Below, piece by piece: positions 24,740-38,600 of a stretch of 64,000 bases of DNA. The notes under the pieces are model-generated. The model saw only the letters and a program-made list of their open reading frames with translations. It made no database searches and had not been told where the DNA came from. The DNA comes from Welwitschia mirabilis. Taxonomy: Eukaryota. Position numbers and translations under genes: made by a program. Where the stretch lies: the NCBI GenBank assembly GCA_051453625.1, contig JBOZIK010000001.1, positions 20,492,059 to 20,556,058 of the forward strand, read 5' to 3'. Each line of letters opens with the position of its first letter. Position 1 is the first letter of the stretch.

Positions 24740-27700
24740 AAAAAAAAGTATCAAAATTTAGGGGTTTAGTAAAAATATCTACCAATTACTGGTCTGAAGT
24801 TGTAAAATTCATAGAGATGTATCCTTTTTCAACTTGGTCCTATAGGAAATGATGTCTTAGCTCAATATGCTTCATTCTTGAGTGTTGAACCAAATTTTTC
24901 CATATATTAATAGCACTTGTATTATCATAAAAAATAGGAAATTGCTCAAAATTAATACTAAAATCTTTTAACATTTCTTTTATCCATAAAAGGTGAGTGC
25001 GACAACTACCTGTTGTAATATATTTAGCTTCTACAGTAGAGAGAGAAATAGAGTTTTATTTCTTGCTTGCCCATCCCATTAAACATGAATCTAGTAGAAA
25101 GTAATTTTCACTTGTTCTTTTTCTATCATCTTTGCATTTAGCCCAATCCACATCACTAAAACTTACAAGTTCGAAAGATGTCTTGGTGACATACCATAAG
25201 CCATAATCACATGTGCCCTTTACATATCTAATTATTCTTTTTACTGCTTTAAGATGTGATTCTTTTGGTTGGGATTGATATCTTACACATACTCCAATAA
25301 TAAACATGATATTTGATCTACTTGTGATCAAATATAATAAACTACCAATCATACTTCTATAAATTTTTTGATCTACTGATTTGTCATTTTCATCCAAACT
25401 TACTTTACATGATGTAGATATAGGAGTGTCAATTGTTTTTGCATTTTCTAATCAAAGTGTTTGATTAAATTCTTTCATATTTGAATTGAGAAATAAATAT
25501 TTCATTTTTAGATTGCTTGATCTGAAGTTTAATAAACATCTTAATTTCACTGAGCATACTCATTTCAAATTGTTTTTTCATGAAATTTGCAAATTATTTT
25601 GATAGCTTTTTATTTGAGGCACTAAATATAATATCATCTACATATGTCTGTATAATAATGAAATTATTTTTTAGATTCTTTACAAATAAGGTTTTTTCTA
25701 CAGATCCTCGAATATATCCATTTTCATTTAAAAATGTATCTAGCTTCTCATAACAAGCTCTTGATTCTTGTTTTAGTCCATACAAGGCTTTCTTAAGTCT
25801 ATATACATGATCAATTTTATGAGGATCAATAAAACCTTGTGGTTGTTCTACATAGACTTCTTCAATTAACGTACCATTTAGAAAGGCATTTTTTACATCC
25901 ATTTGATATATTTTAAAATTCTTAAAATCTACAAAGGACAAAAACATTCTAATGCTGTCCACCCTTGCAACGGGAGCAAAAGTGTCTCCTACATTAATGC
26001 CTTCTATTTGATTGTATCCTTCAGCTACTAATCTTGCCTTGTTTTTAATTACATTATTTTCTTAATCACATTTGTTTTTAAAAATTCATTTAGTTCCAAT
26101 GACATTCTTATCTAATGATCTTTCTACTAACCTCCAAACATCATTTCTTTTAAGTTGTTATAGCTCATCTTATATTATCAACATCCATTTCTCATGAATT
26201 TCTGCTTCTTCAAATTTCTCTGGTTCTATCTTTAATACATAACAAATGTGAGTATACAAATTTTTCATGGAATGTATTATCTTTATTTTTGAGTTAACTT
26301 ATCTAATAATCGATTCTAAAGGATGATCTTTAAGAATTTGGGCTTTTTCGGTATGCCTTCTTTTATTTGAACTTCATTTCTTTTGGTAGAGTCTTCATTG
26401 GTTGTGGAAATACTTGTAGTCATGATTTTCTCCTAATTTGTGTAGTTTGGTCTTATGTCAATTTCATCAATTTGCATGTTTATTGACTTATCTACTGTTA
26501 AGCTTTTTTCATTAAAAGCATGATAGGCTCTATTTCTAGTTGAGTAACCCAAGAGGATAGCTTCATCTGCCTTCAACTCAAATTTGCTTAAATGTTCTCT
26601 ATCTTTTAGCATATAGCATTTACTTCTAAAGATTTTAAAGTATGACACATTTAGTTTTCTTCCTTTCCATAATTCATATGATGTTTTATCAGTACCAGGT
26701 CTAAGATAAACTCTATTAATAATATAGCATGTTCTGCTAGCTACCTTAGCCCAAAAGGATTTAGGAACTTCCTTATCATTTGGCATAGTTCGTGACATTT
26801 CTTGAAGGACTCCATTCTTTATTTCAGGTATACCATTTTGTTGTGGTATTTTTAGGGCTAAAAACTGATGATCAATTCCATTTTCAATGCAATATTTCTC
26901 AAAAAAATGATTTTCAAATTCACCACCATGATCACTTNNNNNNNNNNNNNNNNNNNNNNNNNNNNNNNNNNNNNNNNNNNNNNNNNNNNNNNNNNNNNNN
27001 NNNNNNNNNNNNNNNNNNNNNNNNNNNNNNNNNNNNNCAATATTTCTCAAAAAAATGATTTTCAAATTCACCACCATGATCACTTATTATTTTCTTTATG
27101 GTATACCCCTTTTGTTTTAAATCTTGTTGTAAATTTTAACCCAAAATTTATAAGCTTTATATTTGTTTGATAAAAAGGCTATCCAAGTATATCTATAAAA
27201 ATCATCAACCATGGTGAGAAAATAATGTTTTCCTCTTAGACTTTGAGTTTGAGTAGGTCCTACTAGATCCATATGAATAAGCTATAATGGCATAGATGTG
27301 GATGTTTGAAATTTTCTTTTATGGGAGGTCCTAATTTTTTTCCCCTTTTGGCATGCATTACATAAGCCTTTTTTTTCTACATTTATCTTAGAGATTCCTT
27401 TTACAATGTTTTTATGAATAATCATTTTTAACTGATTATAATTAACATGACCTAATAGTTTATGCCACAACTCTTCTTNNNNNNNNNNTGATCTATGCTA
27501 TAAACACTATATATTCTACCTGCTCTAAGAATTACATCATTCGATTTTCCATGTAAATTTTCACATTTTGATTTATCAAAAAATACTTTATGACCTTTAT
27601 TACAAATTTGGCTAATGCTTAATAAATTATGCTTAAACCATTTATATATAAAACTTCATTAAGTCTAGAAAGGTTACCTCCACCAATGCTTCCAATCCCT

Positions 27701-27790
27701 TCTATTTTTGCTCTTCCATTTTCCCCAAAAGTCACCCCTCCTCCATCAAAGTTGTTTAGTTATTTGAATCTAGATTTCTCTCTTGTCANN
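24740..27790 (-). pseudogene. Copia pol remnants (PR, integrase, RT, RNase H)
   Basis: [95 protein letters not shown]. Confidence 0.93.
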
Positions 27791-29384
27791 NNNNNNNNNN
27801 NNNNNNNNNNNNNNNNNNNNNNNNNNNNNNNNNNNNNNNNNNNNNNNNNNNNNNNNNNNNNNNNNNNNNNNNNNNNNNNNNNNNNNNNNNNNNNNNNNNN
27901 NNNNNNNNNNNNNNNNNNNNNNNNNNNNNNNNNNNNNNNNNNNNNNNNNNNNNNNNNNNNNNNNNNNNNNNNNNNNNNNNNNNNNNNNNNNNNNNNNNNN
28001 NNNNNNNNNNNNNNNNNNNNNNNNNNNNNNNNNNNNNNNNNNNNNNNNNNNNNNNNNNNNNNNNNNNNNNNNNNNNNNNNNNNNNNNNNNNNNNNNNNNN
28101 NNNNNNNNNNNNNNNNNNNNNNNNNNNNNNNNNNNNNNNNNNNNNNNNNNNNNNNNNNNNNNNNNNNNNNNNNNNNNNNNNNNNNNNNNNNNNNNNNNNN
28201 NNNNNNNNNNNNNNNNNNNNNNNNNNNNNNNNNNNNNNNNNNNNNNNNNNNNNNNNNNNNNNNNNNNNNNNNNNNNNNNNNNNNNNNNNNNNNNNNNNNN
28301 NNNNNNNNNNNNNNNNNNNNNNNNNNNNNNNNNNNNNNNNNNNNNNNNNNNNNNNNNNNNNNNNNNNNNNNNNNNNNNNNNNNNNNNNNNNNNNNNNNNN
28401 NNNNNNNNNNNNNNNNNNNNNNNNNNNNNNNNNNNNNNNNNNNNNNNNNNNNNNNNNNNNTTGACTCTAGAATTGTCTCTTACCATATATCTTGAACACT
28501 CATTATCGAGATACTAGCTTATGCTATTTGAGACCTCGAAAGTTATCTAAATTAAAAGGCTTTTAAGATCATTAGTTTTCACCCACATAATCTTTCTAGA
28601 CTTACGTGGTACACTTCCTTTAGGAATAAATTTAAATAGAAAAGTACTATCTGAGTTTGAAAACAACATTAATTTTCTAGCATTGCATATGAGTTTTGAA
28701 TGATCAATTCTTCTATAGAAATAACAAGTAACTTTTAAAAGGAACTTACCATCACTAGTTATCTAATTTTGTTGTCTTTGAGGCCTTTGAGGGATGAAGC
28801 CAATACCTGACTTGATATCAATAGATTTCTAAACTCCAAGCATCTGTTCCAATTTGGTAGATTCACTTGAAAATTCATTAATAAAATAAGTTAACTCTTT
28901 TACCTGTAGAGTGAGATTGAAATTTTTTGATTTGATTCTTTTGAAACTTGATTTCATTTCCTCCTTTTCCTTAGTGAGAGATTTTATAATCTTATTCAAA
29001 TCATTTATCCTTTTAGATAGCTTTTCACATTCCTGATATAGATCTTAATAGGTATCTTCTAACTCATCCTGTTCTTTATTATCCACATCAAGGTTATCAT
29101 GATCCAATGTATTAGGCATATTTCGTAATGGGGGCACAAGTGCCATAAAGGAAATTCTCCTTTATTTGTCATGTTTTTGAGTATTTCTTTTGTCTCTTCC
29201 ACTTGACTCCTGTGTATTCCCACTAATTTCAATCTATTTAAAAATATATCCATATGCTATCCAACATATTCAGATAAAAGAACAAGTATCGAGGAAGGGC
29301 ATATTTGAAAAATCATCAAGGTGAAAATTCATTGTGGGGTTCGAAAGTCTAGATTGGTTAAGATCTAAGAAAAGACTTAACCTA

Positions 29385-29395
29385 CTCTGATACCA
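29385..29395 (-). promoter_or_regulatory. PBS (tRNA-Met type)
   Basis: ctctgatacca is the reverse complement of TGGTATCAGAG, 2 nt from the LTR. Confidence 0.9.
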
Positions 29396-29397
29396 AA

Positions 29398-30593
29398 TAA
29401 TAGAATCAAGAACCATAGAGGTGGGATGAACAGGTTCTTTTAAGAAGATGCAACACAATATTCTAACTTAATTCAATCTTAAATAAAACTTACATACAAT
29501 AATTAACTAATTTAAAATGTGCATGAAAATAGAAAAATAATGAAAGTAAAGAAATAATGAATGAAAGCATAAGAATACCAAATGGATGTAAGTCGGATTT
29601 ATAGTGGTTCGGGAGATCCCCTACTCCACTCTCTATGATCAGCTTATTCCCCAGCTAGATCTCATATTTTTGTTACTCTACCAGGCATTCCAGATTTACC
29701 TATATCTTTACAAATGGACTTTTTCAGCTTAGTCTTAACTTCTAAATAGACTCTTCAAGGCTTAGTCGCAACTTTCACAGAGCAAAGTAGTGATGAAATG
29801 ATGCTAATAGAGCATGGATATCACTCATTCTTGATTCAGTAGATTTGATGGAGCTTTTCTCCTATAGATGTAAAACGAATGAAGCACAAAATCTGACCTT
29901 GAATGTAGAGATGATACAGATGGTAGATCTTCTTTTGTTAGAAGTATAAATGCCAAGATATAATAGTGAAAGTTATAAGATTACAATGCTTAATCCTTCA
30001 GATCTAATAGATTTACCTAATTAAAAATAGTTCCAAAAGATTCTTTGGTCATCTATGTTTAGTTATTTATATTAGAAAGATTTTAGGGTTTATTACATTT
30101 GACATCCACTTCTAATGGCTATAAATGGCTAGAAAATGGCTATCTAATGATTAGATAATAGGTACATAACAATTACAAAATTTTACTTCCATTCCATCTA
30201 GTTGACTCCTCAAAAGTTCGATCAACCCCATCTAGTACCATGACTTGTACAGGTCGCCCGAGTGAGAAATTTGGTTAACCAAATTTCTTATGTCTCCTTA
30301 TCCGTTTGAAACCATCTGGATCCAGTTGACCCCCGTCCGGTAACCTGCTACATTATCTAGTTACCCGCTCCTCCTGAATAAAATTATTTCTAGTTTTCAT
30401 AATCAAGTCTGATTGACTTCTTAAGGTATTCGATTAACCCATGATGATCATCTTAGGTGTATCAGTTGCACAGTGCTCAGGTCTAGTCGATCCCATCATA
30501 GGTTAAGTCAAGTCATTGATAATTAGTTCAACAGTACTATTTCTTGGTTCATATATTCAGTCGACCCCATCGTAGGTCCAGTCAACCCCTTGT
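29398..30593 (-). repeat. 5' LTR of SIRE-like element, truncated at its outer end by LINE sequence
   Basis: Colinear with 20455-21593; similarity stops after gtcaaccccttgt. Confidence 0.85.
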
Positions 30594-30594
30594 A

Positions 30595-32674
30595 CAGAGA
30601 CTGAACACTTGAACATGGAGAGTCCTATCTAAGGAGGCATCTCAGCCAAGCTCGTCAACAACTTATAAGCTTACACATTTTTTAGACTAATTCTACCAAA
30701 TAGATCCTTATAAAGAATATGGAAAATAGGATGGTTACAAGAAATATTGGAGTGGACAAGTTCCCAAAAAAATAAGTTTTTTTTGCTGGCTAAAAGACCA
30801 TCAGAGAATTTTGACATGAGATCAATTGCTTAAAAGGGGATTTCAAGTAGATCCTAACTATTTTATTTTCTAGTCTAATCTAGAAACAACATAGCATCTT
30901 TTTCATCAATGCGTTTGGAGCAAGAAATTAATCTCTATAATAACGAAGTAGTACCAAACCTGTAATGCCCCTAACATGCATTTATTAGATAGGATTTGTT
31001 TTACTTTTTAGCAGATTTGGTAGACTAGAAACAATATGATTTTTAATAATGTCCCCTTACCATTTCCTATATATACAGCCAGGAGGATTATCCACACTCA
31101 TTTCCAAATCAAAATTGTAATGGGTGTCATTCCTACAGTCGAGCCTTCTGATCCACACCTTTTCTAAGGATGCCCTGCTTTATGGAAGAAGATACAAGTA
31201 GTAGGGTGGAAACCTCTTTTACAAAAGCTGAGAGGAGAGAAGAAAGCTGATATTACCCCTTCTACAGGCGATGGAAAGGAGGACATACTACTTTCTGAAG
31301 AATTCCAATAGAAATCTCTGAAGAATCCTTCTCTAGACTGCTAAAGATCTTAGCATAAGGTGAGAAGATTTTGTTTATTAGTAGAGGCTAATGTGAAGCC
31401 CTCCATTTCTTCCCCAGTGGAGTTTTCAAACTCCCCAGTGGGCATATCAGTAGGAAGGAATTACCGCCCCTATAGGGACTAGGTGCAAAAGTTATGGACC
31501 ATTACTTCATTCAATTAGGAAATTGCTCCAAGCTCTCAGGTATTCATTTTACTTTCCTTAAAGTCCTAGATTTGGGACGTGAGGTAAACCTACCTTTCTT
31601 CTTTATTCAAGTTCTTAAAAGGAAGGATTTCTCAAGGCATTTAGGATTAATCCTGCCTCTCTAGAGAGTAACATAAGAAGCTAGGGCAAGAGAAGCCCCT
31701 CCCTCTACCCCCCCACCTGGTCATTGTCCTTATTAGAACCTCCCTAAAGAAGAACTTCTACGAAAATATCCTCTTATGATAAGAACCCCATTCTAGAGGA
31801 AAATACTGCACAATCCAACCCCAACAAGAGGGAGGCACCTTCGCCACCCAGTTATTCAGGGGAGTCGTTCTCGTCCTCAACCTAATAGAAGACTTCTGAG
31901 GAACACCTTTCTAGCTCAACCTGAGAGCCAACTCAAGCTCAACCATCTTCCATCCCTCAAGAATAAGGCAGGCATGCTCAACCCTCTCTAGTCTCAGGCC
32001 TAAGCTCTCCACAGAGCTCCACTTCTGATTCTTCTTTAGTAGAAATTTGACCTTAATCCCAGGAAGATATCGACATAAACACATCTAGACAGGAGGTGTT
32101 GTTGGCAATCATACAAGGGTTGAAACTGTGCCTCTTCATCACATTGAGGCTCTCACACAAAGCTTTACCCTAGGCCATAAAATTGACCTATAGGAAGAAA
32201 TCTCTCCTCCTTCATCTAGACAAAAACCCAGTAGGTGTTGAAGAATTTAAGGAGATAAATCAAGATTTTGAAGTCCTATTTGATGATTTAGGTGGATTTC
32301 TCCTTAAACATAACCATGGAAACGTGTTTCCATTCTGTAGAGGACTTTAATTTCCCCCCTTTGTGTTTTTTCCCTCTAATTCTGAGTTTTATGTAGCTTC
32401 TGGTCTTAAGGAGCATTTTTGCTTATCTAGCAGTAGTACTAGGCTTCCTTGTATTCGTTTTCTACATATGTTTGTGATACTAGATAGGCAAATTTATATG
32501 ACTACATCATCAAGGGATAGTTTTGCCCCCATTTTGGACTGCTGTTCAAGTTTATCTTTATCAGCTAGTAGATTACTAATCTCTTATGAATAGTTTAGTA
32601 TTTCTATTCTTCCTAGCCATTTTTGCCCCTTGATGTCTTATTTTAATATACAGACTTTTTTCCAAAAAAAAAAA
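30595..32674 (+). mobile_element. L1 LINE 3' relic (zf-RVT, long 3' region, poly(A))
   Basis: IWSGQVP-like motif, HQRILT*DQLLKRGFQVDPN, LETT*HLFHQCVW at about 30740-30920; tail ttttttcc(a)11 with the A run at 32664-32674. Confidence 0.72.
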
Positions 32675-32699
32675 TATCCTAGTGATTTACAGAGTGTGA

Positions 32700-34933
32700 A
32701 TTAAGCTAATAAATGGCTTTATAAGAAAGTGAGATTTAAAGTTTTAAAATACTTAAGTAGAGGGTTATTCCCTCACTTGAATATAACTATATTTAAATAA
32801 GCTATAAAAATACCTTAGGAAAACTAAAGTACATTTGGAAGTCAAGGAAGATAGAAGGACATTGGATAAAAATAGAGAAATTAAATGCAAAGGCCATCTT
32901 AATTAAAATATATAATACAAACAAGCCATTGAATAACACCTTGTGAAGAAGCATGGTGGGGAAGTATGAAGTATTGAAATGGATAATCCTATAAGGTAAA
33001 GTGGTTACTATGATTAATATAAGAAAAAAGAGACTTCAAAATAGAAGGTTATCAAGTTTTTGAACTGTCTAAAATGATATTACATCTTTCATGGGAATGT
33101 CCAATTATAAGCACAGTATGAAAAAATTTTAGGAGAGAAGCAAATTAGAGCATAATTCTAAATACAACAAATAATTTTTTTGAAGTTATGTTATGGTACA
33201 TTTAGATTGCCTATAATCATTTGATTTTTCCAAATATTAGATAGAGTGTAGAACAAATTATATCAAAAGTAACTTTCTAGGATTAAAGGCAATGGAAAGG
33301 CATGCACAGTATCAATTAATGGATAAAGTAGAATTCAGGAATAATATAGAGTTATGATAAAGAATAGATATAATAAGATGGAAAATCCTACTATATCTTA
33401 TAAAGTAGGTGAATTCCAAGTATAACCTAATGCTTGACAATGATAAAATCATATACAAAAGAAGGAACCATAATATCACAGCACAGCTGATAGTGCAACT
33501 GCTTGATCTGAGGAAGGAAGGAGAACTAATACTACCAACATTCATATGCTATAATAAGATGGATAAATTTTTCAAGAGAATAATCCCCAAATTAATGAAT
33601 AATATATGTAAAAGTCTAAATTATATCCCCCTTAGGATTTAGCAACAGAATTTATAGACTAATATCCAATACAAGATGGGAATTGCTTAAAAGTTTGAGG
33701 GATCTAATTTTTTTTAAGCCCCTAAGGGAGGCAGAAGAATAAATTTAAAACAATTCTTAATTGAGAAACTCAAGGATAAGATAGAAATAAAACATTTTAG
33801 TTTCATTAGGAAGCTAATGAACTTTTCATGTAATGGAGATGCTAGGATTAAGATAGATAGGAATCTAATGAGAGAGGAAAAATACTAGCACATCAGAGAT
33901 AGGGCATCTTAGTATTAGAGAGAAGATCTTCGAACCATTCATAAATGTAAATAAGTAAAAGAAGTCAAAGTTGAGGCCATAGTGTGATAGGCTTAAGCAA
34001 CTAGAGCAAAGATAAAGACAAAGGTAATGTGTTAAAGCAACAAGCATAGGGAACAATAGATTAAATGCAACATAAGTAACTTTCCTAGCTAGAATTAATG
34101 GAGTATCTAAGTTAGATGGAGTCAGAGTGACTATCATAGAAGCCATCCTAGATGATGATGTAAGAAGAGCTAGAAGTCATCATAGTTAGTTATGAGGATG
34201 AAAAATGTAATCCAAGTAAAAATAAGAAAGAAGTAATGAAATCTAAGAAGGAAAGTAGCTTTAATACTTTTGATACATCTGAGCAATAAGGGAATTTGAG
34301 AACTAGTTAAGAAGGGCCTTTTTACTATATCGCATATAAGTTTAATAGTGCTAAAGAGGAGGATGAATCAAATGAAAAGCATAGTATGACCAAATTTATT
34401 CAATAAATAAATGAAAAGATCTCTATTAAGTATTATATCTACAATCATAAATGACTCGAGACTAAATTGTTGAAGTACATAGGAACAAAATGCTACTATA
34501 TCCTTCTAATAAAAATAGAAACATTACTCAAGAAGAACTAGAAAATAACCAATATAAATAATGCCAAGGATGTCCTTGGATAATGAGAAAACTAGAGTAT
34601 TCTACCACTTTGTGCATAGGAAGAGCCTCTTAAGAAAGTATGGAATATGGATCTAAGAGTAGCTAATACCTCTTCATTTTGTCTTATCATCTATAGATGT
34701 ACTTCATCCTAGATCATGTTTTTTAGTAGTCTTTTTATTTCCTTTTGTAGTTAAGCATTGTCCCTTACCTCTTTTAACATTTCTTTTATAACATTGCATT
34801 TTTTGATTACTAGCAAACCATGCTTTTTGAGTGGGGGGAATTCCCTCCACCTCCATTTGTATGATTAGCAGTGTACGTAATACTACATTTCATAGAATAT
34901 TTCTAGAATCTATAGCCTTTTCTCCCAAAAAAA
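32700..34933 (+). mobile_element. L1 LINE 3' relic
   Basis: KYIWKS..HWIK, LHLSWECPIISTV*, LWYI*IAYNHLIF; tail ttttctccc(a)7 with the A run at 34927-34933. Confidence 0.6.
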
Positions 34934-35619
34934 TAATTATAAAATTTGAAGTTAACTAGTGATGAAAAATAACCAAACATAGATGAATTTTAATATTACA
35001 AATTGATTATAATTCTTATAATGTTATTAATAATGAACTTGACATATCATATGTAGTTGAGATGATAGAAAGATATGTGGTTAAACCAAAATATAATCAT
35101 TAGAATATGGAAGTCAAATCTTTAAAGGGAATAAAAGTGTTTGGTTTTCTACTTTAACAAGATGGTAACTTAAAAATTTCTTAAGTTCAGACTTTAATAA
35201 TTGTAGGATGTCCAAAAATCCATAATAGAATGCCTAAAATTCCTAGGATCTTTACAGTCTCTTAGAGATTAAAGTAATAAAAACTATAACAGAATTATTA
35301 GTAGAAGAAAAGTATGTAATAGAATATAAGATAATAAATAATATGGTCTAAATAAAAAAGCTATTATAGATTCTAAACATCCCATAATATGTGCTATAAA
35401 TCTATATGTAAATAGTCAATTTTTAATTAACATGATAAATTATCTCATGTTTCATAATAAAAAATATCACATTATAAGAATATTTTGCATGATATGAGAA
35501 CTAGTTTAGAATGATGTGATAAACATGCAATACATGACATCAATAAGTCATATTATGAATATTTGGATAAGTCCACTTAAAATAATTAAGTTTTAGGTAT
35601 TTTTGATAGTGTCTTCGAT

Positions 35620-38600
35620 GGTGGCTACAGCTTGCAGTGGTAACTTTTTGAGTGCATCTTCCATGCACTACTTATCCCCTCTAGCTTAGAGAATCAGTAG
35701 TGGTTGCAGCTAATTTATGATGATCAGGTGAGGCAGTTGCAGGTTCTCTACACATGTTCTAATGTTCCTTTGACTCCTTGATAGTGCTAATGTTGTAAAA
35801 ATATAAAAGGGTGCAATAGTAATGCTTAGGCCTTATGCTAGTTTTTCTACCCCAAAGAGGAGGTTTTTTAATCGATGCCTGACAAATCTCGAAAACCTGA
35901 AAATACGATCTCTAGTGGATCTGAGGCATCCAAGGTAGCACAATCATTTCTTCTTGGTGGACTATTAACTTCATGGCAGCAAAATCATCTAGGATCAAAT
36001 CCTACACAAAATCACTTAGGGGAAGCAAGCCTTAAAGCTTTTCTAATTTGGACTTCAGTTTCAGAAAAGATGGCAAGGTTAGTAGGGAAAAAATGCCAAA
36101 AAAATTACTCAAAGCACTTGGAATTCTGGTTTAGAAATAACTTGATCAAAAAAATTTAGTCCTTGAGAGGGATTCTATTTATTGAAAAGGTCAAGTTATG
36201 ATGTAATCAAAAATTTCCAACCAGTTGCAAGGTAATCCCTTTTAAAGAAGGCTTGCTACATTTTTTTTTTTATTTGAAGGAAGATATGAATAAGGTTCTA
36301 GTAGGAGAACTATATTTTTTTGGTATGAGGGGTTTAGCTATTACTTAATGGACACCTTTTATTTTAGATAAGGATAATATCTTTGAAAACATATCGGTCT
36401 ATATTCATATTTCAAATCCACACCCAGAGATCTAGCACTTGGAATTATTTAAATAGTTTAGAGACTTGATGAGAGAATTTGTCAGGTTAGACAGGAGTAC
36501 TGATGTAATGGCCAAAATGGTAATATCCAGAATATGTACCTACATGAAACTAGACAGTTTTAAAGTAAGAAATATTATTTTCGACACAGCTTAGGGAGAA
36601 ATAATCTTTAAGTTGGAGATTAAAAACATTCCCTTGCAATGTAACAAATGTGGGAAAATGTAAATCTAAAAGAAAAATGCAAAAACAAAGAAAAGAAAGA
36701 GGGGAAAAAGGAGGAAAGACAAATAAGAAATGATTGGTAAGAAGTGAATAAAAGGGAGAGAAAGAAAAGACCAATTTTAACACCAAACAATGAGCCATTA
36801 TCATAGGCTAACAAATTTAACATCCTTTCTAAAGAAGAGACAGAGCAGCTAAAAGAGAATCAAATGAAAACCCACGAAGCAGGACAAAAAGCATTAGAAT
36901 GGGAGCACATCCTCGACACGCCGATATAATCAACCCAACCCCTAGAAAAAATGGAGGAGAAAAAATAAAGAAGCATGTTAAAGATGCACCAACTCTATCT
37001 AGAGCTAGAAAAATGATGCAGATTGATAAGAAGATGCGAATGAATACCTAAAAAGTAGGTTTGAGAAAGAAATAAACTAGATTATCTGAGATGAAAATAA
37101 TCTCAACTCTCCTTCAAATGATTATTTCTTAAAATTGTAGAGGCCTCAAGAATGATTAGAAAATTTCCCACCTTTGGAGTTTATTGAAAAGTTATACAGT
37201 TCATCTTTATCTCCTTCAAGAAACAAAATTGTATTCCATTAAAGTTAGACACTTTTATCCTTACTTTAATTGGTTGGTGGTTTTAGTTCCAAGTATTAGA
37301 ACTAAGGGAGGGCTGATTATCCTTTAGAGGCATGGTCAGATTACCACTATTATCAAGAGTAGCAATCACATCATAGTTGATTAACATCATAATAATAGGA
37401 ACTAGTACATATCAAACTTTTATGGACCCAAAAAAATTGAATAAAAAATGATATATCTCTAGTAAATTGCTTCAAACTCTCTAGATATCATCATGGAAGA
37501 CTTCAATCAGATCCTTAACATTTAGGATAAATTAGATAACATACCTAATAATTATTCTATTAAGTAGTTTACAAATTTTATAAGAGTCTATGCTTATACA
37601 GATCTTCACCTACATGGGGCTAGTTACACTTAGAGTAATCTTACGGATTCCCCTAACTTGTTATGTCAAGAATTGATAGATGTCTTGTCAAGGACCCTAA
37701 CATATAATTATTTCTTAGAGCCAAAGCTAGATTTTATTCTAATCACAGGCCTATTATGCTCTCAATGGAATCCCCTCAAAGGAAATCTCTTTTTTGATTT
37801 GAGAATGCCTAGATAAAGGAACCAAGCCTTAAGGATATGCTTAAACAAATCTAGAACATTAAGGTTGAAGGTACTTCATCCTTTAAATTATTCCAAAATC
37901 TCAAGATTCTTAGACATGAATTAATTCTATGAAAAAGATAGTTAAATGATACCTTCAAAAATATCAAATATCAACTTTTAGAAGAGCTCAATAGCATACA
38001 AGAATAGAAGAAATTGTTCAAGATCATTTCTGATTATGAGAGGCAGCCTATATCGCATATCCATGATATCTCTTCTAAAGAAGAAGCTTATTGGAAGTAG
38101 AAATTGAGAATTTAGTGGCTAAAGAAAGGTGACCATAATACAAAATTTTTCTTCCACACAGCAAATAGATATAAACATCAAAATCAGATATAGTGGGATG
38201 CATCCACAACGTGCCTTTATACTAATTAATAAATGGCAAAAGCTTTTATTTAATACTTCTAAGATCTTTTCATAGAAAAATCAATTGACCTTGGAAATGA
38301 TCCAATCGGTCCTCCCATCACCGTGAAACATCTAAGTTACTTAAATCAAAGGGTCTCTATCAAAGTAGCTCATGGCTATTAAAGTAGCTTTTAATATTTC
38401 TATCATTTAATTTGCAAATGACATGCTTCTATGCTTAGACTCTAGTATTCTAGTCGCTCAGTAGATTCATGCTATTTTAAACAACTTTAAGTTATTTTCT
38501 GAGGTCACTATTAACTAGAAGAAATTTAAACTATTCATGTTAAATACTCCATAAGATAGAATAGCTAACATTTTGAATGTTTTAAATTGTTCTCAAGAAA

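Larger units (their letters stand above)
20455..30593 (-). mobile_element. Decayed Ty1/copia element, SIRE (Maximus)-like
   Basis: LTR pair 20455-21893 and 29398-30593, minus-strand PBS, pol order PR-INT-RT-RH. Several PPT-like motifs at 24121, 24185 and 24514. gtcgacccc-type motif arrays in the LTRs. Confidence 0.85.

Noticed and set aside
27629-28517. Long ORFs spanning N runs (also 48746-49210, 50994-51433, 52066-52551)
   Set aside because: They are open only because N codons are not stops.
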